Shown here in pieces: positions 52,740-64,000 of a stretch of DNA of 64,000 nt (the stretch's first letter is position 1; every line of letters starts with the position of its first letter). Origin of the DNA: Oopsacas minuta (lineage: Eukaryota > Animalia > Porifera); the NCBI GenBank assembly GCA_024704765.1, contig JAKMXF010000032.1, forward strand, positions 21,684-85,683, read 5' to 3'. The notes under the pieces were generated by a model. It worked only from the letters and a program-made list of their open reading frames with translations, did not search any database and was not told where the DNA came from. Made by a program: the position numbers and the translations under genes.

Positions 52740-55409
52740 TCATCTTAAACTTAAGCTCTAATCCTCGTAGGGTTTCAACCTACGATAATATGAGCATATA
52801 TTCGTTTTATACCCATTGTAGCTCTATAACTATAAGGTGTTGTTAATCTCTCATAAATATAATGGACCTTCGATGCAATTTGGTCGGGCCAATATTTTTG
52901 GCCCACCCTGTATGCTGGAAATCCTGGGGAACGTGAGCGTTTTATATGCGAATGCTCCTGAAACATGACCTAATGTAACAGAAATGAGGAATTTCGAAAT
53001 CTGGTTATGGTACAGTCTGCAGTAGCTATAAAGGAGCCACTCGCAGAATTTGCATGTTTGAAGATGACAGAGAATGAGATGACTGTTTGATGATACTGCT
53101 GCAATGGTCAGGCGTTTGCGACAAATATTCTCCACTATCCTCCTGTTCAATGACCAGGAAGAGCCATTAGCACTTTGGGATCACTTAAGGCTTCTTCACC
53201 GGAAGACCTTTCCACAATGGCCTTTTTACACTACTGTTTTACTATTGTGAATACAAGAAAATCGGAATGCCAATTTAGAAAGTAGTTTAATATGAAACGT
53301 TTCTATAAGTCAGTAGAACCCCGGTATCACGACAATCGGATAATACCACCAATTTATAAGACTTATCAGTCCCCTTCGATCACTTTTCAATGAAAATCAC
53401 TTCGGATAATACGCACTCCAATACGGAGTACATATCTGGACGGTCCCCTTGAATACATATTAAACAGTGTATATTTAGGACCCATTTTTTTTTATCAAAG
53501 TCAGAGAAATTTTTAATATTATGGCTTGGACTGGGAGATAGAGTGAGCAGGACTTCCAGTCCCACGTTCGAGATATCTCAGTGCCCAACGCGTGGGGTAC
53601 AAACACTGAATTGGCTATCCTAGGGGCACTCTCGGATAGATGTGGTGTCAATTAATGCATATGGTGCTGACGAAATAAATGGAGGATCTGTCGCTATTCA
53701 TTCATGAATGCTTAGATTCTTCTTTAGTATGTGCTCCAATTTGTGATGGTCATAAAGAGTTATTTTCCACAACATTGACGAAAAGAGGTAAGGAGCACCT
53801 TGATACATTTTACAGGGTGTTCAATAAATTCGTGGAAAATCATATTCAGAGTAAGGAGTACTAAATGATAGATCTAGCTATCCATTTATCAATCATATAT
53901 TAATTGATTACCTCAAACTTTGTGATACTAGCAACGATATTCTTAGCAATAATCAGCTTTTTCCGTCTGTTGTTTGAAACATAATGAATTTTGAGAACTT
54001 AGAGCATCGAGCAGTCAATAAATTTCTCTGTAAAAAGGACTAAGCGCTACAGAAACGTTCAAAGAGATGAAAGATATCCTCAAAGACAATGCCCCTAGTC
54101 AATCTATGGTTGCAAAATGGCATGCAGAATTTCAACGTGGAAGAGAAAATTTCACAGATGACCCTTGCTCAGGAAGACCCACATTTTCTCTCCATCCAGA
54201 AACAATCCAATCTATTAGTGGTATGATAGAGAACGATCACTGATTATCAATCAGAAATATAGTGAATAGGGTAGATTTATCAATTGGAACTATTCACTCG
54301 ATCATTTATGACCATGTTGGGCACAAGAAATACAAAGCAAAGTGGATACCAAAAACCTTATCAGAAATCAAATGAGGGCTAGACTGGACACTAGCAAACG
54401 CATGATTGATCTATATATGTCTGATCCAGAAGATTTTCATGCGAGACTGATTACAGGAGATGAAAGCGAGGCTACGGGATGGAGGCATGAAGATTCTCCA
54501 AAGCCCAAAGTATCCCGACTTGGCCACTTTGCAAAGTCTAAGTAAAAGCTGATGGTACCAATATTCTGGGATTCTAAGGGGCCATTACTATTAGAAATCA
54601 CAATCCCAAAATACGACAGTGACTGGAGCATAATATGCCGATCTAATGACGAAATTACGCGAATCAATAAAGAGGGATAGGCGAGGAATGCTAAAATGAA
54701 TCCCACTCCTTTTACATGATAATGGCCCCATTCCTTAAAAGTCATATTGCACAAAAGCCAATACAAGATTGCGGCTTTAAACAGGCTTAACACCCACCAT
54801 ACAGTTCTGATTTAGATCCCAGCGGTTATGATCTATTTCCAATTGCTAAGAAAGCTCTACGCGGAAAGATTTTTGACGATCACGGTGTATTGGAATCGGG
54901 TTTTGAGGACTGGTTGGACACCAAAGAAAAAATCTTTTTCATCACAGTATAGAAAAGCTGAAAAATTAGTGGCTTAAATATATTGAATTAAAAGGGAATT
55001 ATGTTAAAATTAAACACTAGTCATTGCTACACAAAAAGGCTATATAATAATTTCCACGAACTTATTGAACACCCTGTACATGTAATTCCACGATTCTACT
55101 AACTCGTATGTGTATTGCATAAATTTGTATTATATACTTTGATAAGTCTGTGATAGGCCTTGTGGGGTGTTCGCATGGCGAATGAGCACTCAATTTTCTA
55201 CAATACTATTTCAGTCGTGCTAAACTGTATTAGCGCCGTTCCATATGGCAGAAGCAGATAATACACATACGTGATAATTTGGTGATAATCATTGCATTAT
55301 TACTTTTTGCTGGGTTCTCCTTTGTGAAGGGTTGTTGAATTACTGAAAGTATAGGATATCCGTCGAAGGAAAGTTTCTACCCTTCCCCTCTTAAAATGGA
55401 TCACCACGT
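52740..55409 (+). repeat. Duplicated block R', copy of 31350-34252
   Basis: Colinear; lacks the DD37E element and about 175 bp beside it; carries a mariner instead. Confidence 0.9.
53813..55076 (+). mobile_element. mariner (DD34D-type) transposon, full length, decayed ORF
   Basis: About 27-bp TIRs CAGGGTGTTCAATAA(A/G)TTCGTGGAAA; TA duplication; KWIPK, LITGDE, HDN, PYSSDLDPSGYDLF. The empty site is at about 32394. Confidence 0.92.
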
Positions 55410-55432
55410 CACAGTGGGCATTTTTGGGGGGT
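55410..55432 (+). mobile_element. CACAGTGGG-type terminus inserted into block R', cut by a contig join
   Basis: Homology to block R stops exactly at CACCACGT|CACAGTGGGCATTTTT; the empty site is CACCACGT|GCGAAG at 34252. Confidence 0.65.
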
Positions 55433-55433
55433 N

Positions 55434-55956
55434 GCAAAAAAACTAGACGTGATACGTATATTTTACAAAATTATTCAAAATCAGTATTAAAATGTGGATT
55501 AGAAAATGTTTTGCAATAACAATCAGCAAATAAAATTTTTTTTTCCGCAGGGCTGTGTAATTAATTAAAGATTATTAGAGATTGAGTTTATATATTTAGT
55601 TACACTGTTTCCACAAGGTATAATCCCCTCAAACATGTAATAAAAGGAAAACTACATTCCTGGTTCATTATTATATAATAACAAGTTATATATATACTAT
55701 AATCCTTCTAATAGAAAACTTGACTTAATGCCATTAATTCAATAATAGAAATAACAAATAATATTATTGAACCATGAATGTTAAAAGTAATGAAATCACC
55801 GAAATGACGTCATATTTCCAATAGTGCTAATACTACGGAAAATGTAAATGAAATTTTTGAAATTTACAGTGTCGATTTACTATATAGACCACATAAAACA
55901 TGCCTAGTTGTAATGGTTGCGCTAATACGCCATTATGACGATTGTGGCACACTGTC
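55434..55956 (+). mobile_element. Right arm of the Transib/RAG-like element
   Basis: Ends CTAATACGCCA-17 nt-CACTGTC, followed by TACAC and the resumption of hAT element B sequence. Confidence 0.75.
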
Positions 55957-56945
55957 TACACTGTCCATCTGGGATACTCCACTTCTTACAGAATTGTGGA
56001 ATCAAATACTGCATCGAATTAACCGCGTCAACAAATGCCTTAAAGATGCTTCATTAGACCTTAGTGAAACATCATATCTCCTAAATTCATTGATTGGATA
56101 CTTCAAGTAATTGAGGGAACGCTTCACTGCGATTCTGTTAGATGCGAATAATCTTTCGCAAAAGGAAAGAAAAGATCCTTCCCGAGGGAGCTGTAGACAT
56201 CAAGGACAATATTCAACCAGCAAAATTGATTCATTCAGGGTCAATGTATTTCTACCAATTATAGACCTCCTCATTGTGGAACTGATTCGTCGTACAGAGG
56301 TCTACAAGGATGTCTACCCATTGTTTGGCTTTCTGATTAATTTATGCGCGACGGCTCCAAAGGAAGAAGTTGTTGAAAAGGTTCAACATTTGATATCCAA
56401 ATATCCTGAAGACCTCAAAGACGCCCCTGAAATTATTGAGGAGATCATATATTATCGTATTCTCATGTCAGTTATGCATAGGGAAGAGCTGAGAATAAAG
56501 TATACTTCTAGGAATCTCGGTGATGATAATCGTATAAGCTTCGGCGGTGTATATCTCTATTTGTGCAACCATAGCATTGACAGCGTATTTCCCAATGTTG
56601 CCATAGCATTGCGAATTTGTTTGACTCTCATGTGCGCGGTAGCGACTGATGAACGATGTTTTAACTACATGAAACGTATAAAAAATGTACTATGCACATC
56701 AATGTTAGAGGACCGATTCACTGATCTAGCTATGATTACGATTGAGCGGAGCTATTGGAAGAAACCGACGACAAAGAAACTATCTCAAAATTTGTGGATC
56801 AAAAAATTCGTAAAATTCTATGAATCTATATTATTACATCTGCATTTTCGTCTGTTTGTCTGTCTGTTTGTTTGTTTGTCCGTTGTCAAGGAAAGGCCCG
56901 AACAGAGGGTAACGCACAGGGCGCAATATGCTTAATCCGGCCCTG
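55957..56945 (+). mobile_element. 3' half of a duplicate of hAT element B
   Basis: Homologous to 1592-2580; the TIR, the TSD CTATACCC (56946-56953) and about 105 bp of flank are all shared with 1480-1591. Confidence 0.92.
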
Positions 56946-57058
56946 CTATACCCAGATTACTTTAGTGAGATAGAGTAAACTCGCGGTATGAAAATGCAAG
57001 GATTCATCACCACTAATGTTTTAAAGTAATTGATTTACTCTGCATATTAACAAATGAA

Positions 57059-57873
57059 NNNNNNNNNNNNNNNNNNNNNNNNNNNNNNNNNNNNNNNNNN
57101 NNNNNNNNNNNNNNNNNNNNNNNNNNNNNNNNNNNNNNNNNNNNNNNNNNNNNNNNNNNNNNNNNNNNNNNNNNNNNNNNNNNNNNNNNNNNNNNNNNNN
57201 NNNNNNNNNNNNNNNNNNNNNNNNNNNNNNNNNNNNNNNNNNNNNNNNNNNNNNNNNNNNNNNNNNNNNNNNNNNNNNNNNNNNNNNNNNNNNNNNNNNN
57301 NNNNNNNNNNNNNNNNNNNNNNNNNNNNNNNNNNNNNNNNNNNNNNNNNNNNNNNNNNNNNNNNNNNNNNNNNNNNNNNNNNNNNNNNNNNNNNNNNNNN
57401 NNNNNNNNNNNNNNNNNNNNNNNNNNNNNNNNNNNNNNNNNNNNNNNNNNNNNNNNNNNNNNNNNNNNNNNNNNNNNNNNNNNNNNNNNNNNNNNNNNNN
57501 NNNNNNNNNNNNNNNNNNNNNNNNNNNNNNNNNNNNNNNNNNNNNNNNNNNNNNNNNNNNNNNNNNNNNNNNNNNNNNNNNNNNNNNNNNNNNNNNNNNN
57601 NNNNNNNNNNNNNNNNNNNNNNNNNNNNNNNNNNNNNNNNNNNNNNNNNNNNNNNNNNNNNNNNNNNNNNNNNNNNNNNNNNNNNNNNNNNNNNNNNNNN
57701 NNNNNNNNNNNNNNNNNNNNNNNNNNNNNNNNNNNNNNNNNNNNNNNNNNNNNNNNNNNNNNNNNNNNNNNNNNNNNNNNNNNNNNNNNNNNNNNNNNNN
57801 NNNNNNNNNNNNNNNNNNNNNNNNNNNNNNNNNNNNNNNNNNNNNNNNNNNNNNNNNNNNNNNNNNNNNNNNN
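57059..57873. other. Assembly gap (815 N)
   Basis: Run of N; single-N joins also occur at 48216, 55433 and 61403. Confidence 1.
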
Positions 57874-59034
57874 ACAATGAAGCACATGTTAGCCTTATTT
57901 CAAAGGGAAAAGTCCTAAAGCAACTGCGCAATTTCTTATTGATGATAATAATATTTTACAGGAAAAATATGATAATATTCTATATAAGTTCAAGTCCCAT
58001 ATATCATCCAGAGAGTACTACCGGAAGAAGAGTGATCTTGAGGCCTGGGAGAATTGAACCTCCCATTCATATACTGCACCTTTATCAACTTCAATTCCGA
58101 GAAAGAAGAGAATTTCACTCGATCCTGGATTAGAACCTTTTCGTAAAGTTTCTATTTCTGAAAGTCGAAATTTCTCTGAAGAAATTGTCCATGATTCCAG
58201 AAAGCATTTACCTGATTGCAGTCTTCAAACTTCCATATCTAGACTGAGCATTCTTTTGGACCATATTCATTTCTTAGCTGAAAGAGAAAATGTCGAGCCT
58301 TAACAACTAGCTGCTCTGGCTTTAGAATTAATATCCAACAATTCTTACGATCGCGATACCTCACAAGTGTGTAAGGAGATCATCAACAAGGGTTCTTTTA
58401 GTGGAATCTTGCACAAAGCGCCAATGGATAAATCTGCCTATTTGTTGGACTGTTTAGAGATTAGAGCGAGCAAATATAAAAATTTAAAAAAGTCCTCAAA
58501 TGTCAGTTAAATTACCATCCTATGAGCTTGTTTCCAGATATCGTAGAGAAATAACTTTGATTGATGAGATTGAGATAGTCCATGCTCCTGAAGGTTTCTC
58601 AATTGTAACTTGAATCTCCTATCATTCGATACTAAAGCTTACAGTCGAACGCTTGATTTCAACGCTAGTGCCAATTTCTATTCCACAATATCCACTCACA
58701 ATTAAGTTATCAAATGGATTAGATGGTTCCGGGTCTCATCGCACCTATAACCAACAAAATAATAACCCTGTCTTCAGTACTAAATGTTTCATCTTATTTG
58801 GATTCAAAATATTATCAATAGAAGATACACTTGGAAACGATGTCTTCTACAACCATTCTCCTAACTTCCCCTTTTGTTTCAGACCGGTTGCGTTGATAGC
58901 ATTGAAAGAGGATTATAATAATGTTCATTTTATCATAGATAAATTGTCAATCCCCAAACCGACCAAATATTGGTGATCGAATTATCCCTATAAGAGGACA
59001 TGTACAAGTTGATATTGTCCGTTCTCTCTTTGAC

Positions 59035-59402
59035 CAGGGTGACCAGACGTCCTTTTTTTTCAATCTGTCCTTTCTGTCCTTTTTTTGCCCTTTTCTCTGG
59101 ATTCTAATGACTCTTTAATTTACACGAAATACATAGAGTGGATTGTAACTTATTGTATACCCTTATTGATTCTCTCTTCAGAATCACTATAATCCATAAT
59201 TCGGATTCATTATTCTTACCTACTTTATTACATATAGTATAACAATATTACTAATTCTGTTTTATTTCCTTACTCTATTGATGTAAAATCAATTTTCATA
59301 GATTAGCATATACTGCTGTCGTTTAATGTTCAGTGATTTACTTATACATTGTATATCATAGAAAAGTGTCTTTTTTTATAACGAAGACATCTGGTCACCC
59401 TG
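59035..59402. mobile_element. 368-bp MITE with a 9-bp TSD
   Basis: 17-bp TIRs CAGGGTGACCAGA(C/T)GTC; CTCTTTGAC at 59026-59034 and 59403-59411. Confidence 0.92.
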
Positions 59403-59642
59403 CTCTTTGACACTAAAATGACTCGACTGTTAGATGATGGTGGAGGAGCTTCTTGTCATCCATGTACTGCATCTGACGTAGAAATTAAAAGCATTTACTG
59501 GGTTCGTTTTGGATCCCCCACAAACAGGTAAATTAGCGATGCATGGCAACTCTTTGATGATGTTAATGAAGATGACTTTCTCAAACTCCTATCGAAACAA
59601 CGCTTGGGTATAACTCACAAACACACATCTGACATCAATATA

Positions 59643-60530
59643 CAGTCAGGGGACAAAGGTATTCGAACACACAAATATATTGTCATAAATTGCATACTTT
59701 TTCCCGCTCCTATATAATGTGTAATCTATATTCGTAGCTGCAATCTAGTAATTTGCATAGAATAACATATGTTTTTCAAGAATTCCTATATAAATATTTT
59801 CGATTTACACTTTTTGAAGGTGTTAATTATTGATAATCAAAGTATGTGATAATTCAAAGCCTATTAAGAATCTATAATTTCTGACTTGATCTACGTAGGC
59901 GAGTTACCCCAGATTGAAATTTCCAATCGAATTGAACAATTTTTACCAGAGTTATAGATCAATTTCAATTTGTTCCATTTGTGCCACCTTTTGCCCAAGG
60001 TGGCACAAGTGGGCGCTACCAAGAGGTTATTTTGGAATTCAAGGGTTAGCATAGTCATATCATTCGAAAATACTACTTTGACTTATTCCTCCTAACCCTA
60101 GTTGATTTCCTTGTGGTGGCGCTTTTTCCTGCCACCTGTGCCACTTTTTTCAAAAAGTGGCACAAGTGGGACAAATTGAAATTCTTCTATAAATTTGGTA
60201 AAAATTGTTCAATGCGATTGGAAGTTTCAATCTGGGGTAACTCGCCTACGTAGAATTCAAATATCAAGTCAGAAATTATAGATTCTTAATAGGCTTTGAA
60301 TTATCACATATTTTGATTATCAATAATTATCTAATAATTATTAATAATTGACACCTTCAAAAAGTGTAAATCGAAAATATTTTTTTGAAATTCTTGAAAA
60401 ACATATGTTATTCTATACAAATTACTAGATTGCAGCTACGAATATAGACTACACACTATATAGGAGCGGGAAAGAGTATACAATTTATGACAATATATTT
60501 GTGTGTTCGAATACTTTTGTCCCCTGACTG
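59643..60530. mobile_element. 888-bp fold-back Tc1/mariner-type MITE
   Basis: Termini CAGTCAGGGGACAAA; inverted arms of about 345 bp; TA duplication (59641-59642, 60531-60532). Removing it restores the host reading frame. Confidence 0.95.
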
Positions 60531-61403
60531 TAATTGCTGTCTCCCGTTTGCATGCCTACCTATTTGTATTCCGGTGGTATATATTATTAATATACCATCT
60601 TGATGCGGGTCACAAGGTATGGTCACCATCTAATCACAAAGTAAATGCATCTATGAGGCGAATTCGAGCAATTGTCCTAGAGAAGTGTAGTTTCACTGTG
60701 GATACTCCCTCAAGTCAGGGCGGTACATCAACTACTGGGAACATTGCACGTGATTGCTTTTTGGATAAGCGAGACTTTTTAAAATGGGCGATTTTCTCGA
60801 TTAATCTCTCTGATAAACCCTTATTAGAGAAGATCCAGACTAATCTATCCGTGGTGTTACGACTTGTGAACAGCGGTAACCTACTCAATTGTAGCAAAAT
60901 GGAAGAATTGTGTCAAGAAACGTATGGATACATCTTAGTTCAGTTTCCATGGGCGAACATCACCCCCTCCTTACACAAGCTACTTTCCCATTCTTTCAAG
61001 ATTATTGGAGAATATAATAATGGCAGGGGACTACAGAATCTATCAGAAGAATGTTTAAAAGCTTGTAATAAGTTCGTGAGGCGGTATCGGGAAAATCTTG
61101 CCAGAAAAACATCATTCTCTGACAATGTAAGAGATATTCTAATTCGTCTTCTTTATTGTAGTGATCCCCTATTTGTGTAGAATCGTTTTACATCCACCAA
61201 AACGAGGAATTCTGGTGCAAATGATCCAAATAGCCCCCAAGATATCTTATATAATAGCATAGTGTTGGAGAATGATAACACTGCCCTGCGTCAAATTTGC
61301 TGATTATTATCCATGGGTTGTTTTTAGTTAACTTGAGTATGCTGATTCTCAATCTGTCATCAGAATTCCCCTCTCACGTCTCGTTTTTACTCAAATGTCA
61401 TTN

Positions 61404-61531
61404 GCCGGAACGTATAAGAATTGTATTAGAACGAAATGGTTCATATATAAACCGATAATATTTCGAATAACTCAAATATATTCTAAGTTTTAATGAGGTA
61501 TCTAGGGTATCAACACTTTCGTTACACCCTG
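61404..61531 (+). mobile_element. 3' end of another DD37E copy, starting at a single-N join
   Basis: Matches the reverse complement of 32454-32581; followed by TA. Confidence 0.92.
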
Positions 61532-61562
61532 TAGTCGTTTGTCCATGTAGTCATTTGTCCGT

Positions 61563-63343
61563 ATCCCATGAATTAACTAAGGTAAAATTGTGAAAACATA
61601 TTATAGTTGTTTATTCATAACAAATCATCTTGTCCTACTATATATGAGACCATTACAAATTATTTGTATATTTTGATACTTTCCTTAATAAGTTGTCTTT
61701 GCTATATTTTTGATTCGATGTCTTCCTACAAACTCAAAAGTGGGGTCGCAGAAACGAGATGCTGCTGCTTCCACAAAGCGGTATATATCAAAGCTGCCAA
61801 AGCTTACCATTTCTTCCGCACCAACACAACCGCACCACAGCCCCAGGATGCGACTATACAACCAACACAATCTAATAATGATCTTGGACAATTGCAGCAG
61901 GTAGATAAGGAGCTTAATTTTTCTGTCGGAGAAGACAGTTCACCTCCTCTCGTAATATCTCAATTGTCTCTACATTTGAAAGGTCCTTCAACTTGGCGTG
62001 AATCGTTAAATTCTGCTCCAGAAATGACAGGCCAGCTAATTCGACTAGGCCCTGCTGCTGCGCACAACCGCTCAACGAGTTATCCTGCATCGAAGAGGGA
62101 ATACAATGATGGTGAGTCCAGATATTTTCAGAACAAAATGCTCATTGTTTAACATGCAAATGGCGAATTGGGCAAGCGTGAATGGCTCTGCTACTCACTG
62201 TTGTCGGGTAATATATACTGCTTCCAATGTGCACACTATTATGTCGACTACATCGAAAGAATCCAACAATTCCTTCGTACAAGGCTTCAATGACTGGAGA
62301 CACTTCGACCGAATAAAATGTCATGAAAACTCTTTCTATCATCGCCGATGTATTTTCGATCTGATTACACGAAAAAGTCAACATGGTCACGTTAACAGTG
62401 AATTGAACATCTCTATAGAGTCTGAACGTGTTTATTGATCACAGGTCTAAAGAGAGTAATTGCTGTAGCAAATTCCTTGGATCCAGCGGATTGACTTTCC
62501 GAGGAACAGATGAGAGATTTAATAGTATTAACTCAGGCAACTATATCAACACCCTAAAGCTTCTTGCAAAGTTCGATGCATTCATTGCTGGTCACATCGC
62601 CAAATACGCGGACAAAGGGCGCGAGAGTGTATCATATTTATCTTCCACTATTGCTCATGAGTTCATCGCTGTGATCGCAGAGAAAATAACTGATACGATC
62701 GTTGCTGAACTAAAAAGGCAAAATATTACTCCATCAATGTTGACTCAAGCCCAGATATCAGTCATGTAGACCAGCTTGTGGTCGTGAGCCGTTTTATTCA
62801 TCCCCATCGACATGAACTTGTCAAACGCTTCTTACCTTCATCACCATTTGCTCACACACTGGGCAGTCACTTTCGAATGTAATACTCGAATTACTTCATA
62901 GACTAGGAATTGATCTTGGAGGCATGAGAGGACAGTGTTACGATAACGCTGCAAATATGTCGGGCAAGTATAACGGAATGCAAAAGAAAATTCTTGAACA
63001 TGCCCCTCTTGCAATTTATCTTCAATGCTCACTACACTCTCTAAATTTGGTAGGACAGGCAGCAGTTTCATCTGTCGATAGAGCAACGATTTTTTTCAGT
63101 TTCATACAGAACGTGTATACTTTTTTGGCCGCATCTACTCACCGATGGAAAGTATTGACCGATCACCTTGGAGATAAACTAGTACCAAAGAATCTCGCTG
63201 ATACGCGATGGTCAGTACACGCTCAGGCGATAAGTGCTTTGAAAGAAGGTTATGATCAGCTGGACGAGGGATTGCAAGAAATTGCAAAGACTTGCAACAA
63301 AAGCCATCTACTCGACATGAAGCTGAAAATCTGTCTGCTACAC
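61563..63343 (+). mobile_element. 5' half of a duplicate of hAT element B (without nested element C)
   Basis: Homologous to 8800-7983 joined to 3542-2583; uninterrupted at 62345-62370. Confidence 0.92.
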
Positions 63344-63707
63344 CACAGTGTGCCGATATGCCGTATTAGGAACAATTTCAATTATGAGTTTAACTACGCT
63401 TTTGTGAATCTCCATCGTCGAATTAGTAGGAAAATATTGACGATTGTCTATATGACCCATAGAAATTTTGATTACAGCGAGTTAAAGTAAACATATTTTA
63501 GATATTGTAAATAGCTAACCGCAAAAGTAAATACCTAACTACCTTAGCAACAATTTTCTTTCAAATATATACTGCATAACGTTTGTGGTTAATCATTAAT
63601 TGACGTATTTCTTACATTAGATCAGTTTATGTAATTATTATAAGTATCATTGTTTCCAAAAAATTTGGTTGGCAGTCTAGTTTTAATGGCCTGGAATGAA
63701 ATATTTA
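63344..63707 (+). mobile_element. Left arm of the Transib/RAG-like element
   Basis: TACAC|CACAGTG-TGCCGATA-TGCCGTATTAG; element B homology stops exactly at 63343. Confidence 0.8.
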
Positions 63708-64000
63708 CAGGGTGGCTTTTAAGTTCTGTCCCATACAAAAACTATTATTTATCAATAAATATATGTAGCTTGGTAATGATATTTATTGCTCTTATTTATG
63801 ATTCAGAGACAAAACATATTTCGCGAATTTTATTCAATATAGCCTCCCTCATTTTGTATCACACGTGTAATTCGATCTGGCAAGGCCTCAATAGCAGCAC
63901 AGAGGGTTTTTTGGGGAATTTTATTCCACTCTTGGCAAAGTTTCCTCTTCAGTGACTTGATACTTGTGTGAGAGTTAACACAAGCTTTCGTCTCGAGAAT
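63708..64000 (-). mobile_element. 3' end of a second maT-like element
   Basis: TA then CAGGGTGGCTTTTAAGTTCTGTCCC; the reverse strand encodes ILETKAC..SLKRKLCQEWNKIP..GGYIE* (stop 63830-63832), homologous to the C-terminus of 4920-5948. Confidence 0.88.

Larger units (their letters stand above)
57874..61303 (+). pseudogene. RAG1-core-like (Transib superfamily) transposase, split by two MITEs
   Basis: RKHLPDCSLQTSISRL (58199), GLDGSGSH (Asp 58722), RSLFD|TKM..ASCHPC, DINI|IAVSRLHAYL, GGTSTTGNIAR, FPWANITPSLHKLLSH, LSEECLKACNK, ARKTS..SDP. Stops and frameshifts are present. Confidence 0.88.

Noticed and set aside
55410-55442. CACAGTG + 17 nt + GCAAAAAAA read as a heptamer/nonamer signal
   Set aside because: It spans the N at 55433; the other single Ns are contig joins, so the spacing is unreliable.
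57013-58133. Long ORFs in the ORF track around 57 kb
   Set aside because: They are artefacts of translating the N gap.
1-64000. Calling the hAT remnants domesticated genes (ZMYM1, GTF2IRD2, THAP12, KIAA1586) or calling the RAG1-like sequence RAG1
   Set aside because: They carry stops and frameshifts, and several retain TIRs and TSDs, so they are transposon copies; no gene symbols were assigned.

Overview
This is an AT-rich eukaryotic (animal-like, short GT-AG introns) region made almost entirely of nested and mostly decayed cut-and-paste DNA transposons. I found no rRNA, tRNA, CRISPR array or confidently identifiable host gene. It contains hAT elements of several clades (four copies of a Buster/SPIN-type element, plus ZMYM1-like, P52rIPK-like, KIAA1586-like and BED-type elements), Tc1/mariner elements (an intact DD37D maT, a DD37E element with a D-to-N change, and DD34D mariner remnants), a complete intron-containing Ginger element carrying an OTU protease, and many MITEs with verifiable target-site duplications (TSDs). 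The right quarter (48217-64000) is four contigs, joined at single Ns (48216, 55433, 61403) and an 815-N gap. These contigs duplicate parts of 1-9061 and 31350-34252 and appear to be scaffolded in reversed order. The main result: removing two MITEs reconstructs a RAG1-core-like transposase (57874-61303) with nonamer-binding-domain-like, DDBD-like, D/D/(E>K) and Zn-ligand motifs. If the contigs are re-ordered, it lies between two CACAGTG-type ends that have a 5-bp TSD and a second conserved motif at asymmetric 8 vs 17 nt spacing, which is an RSS-like architecture. All alignments were made by eye; no searches were run.
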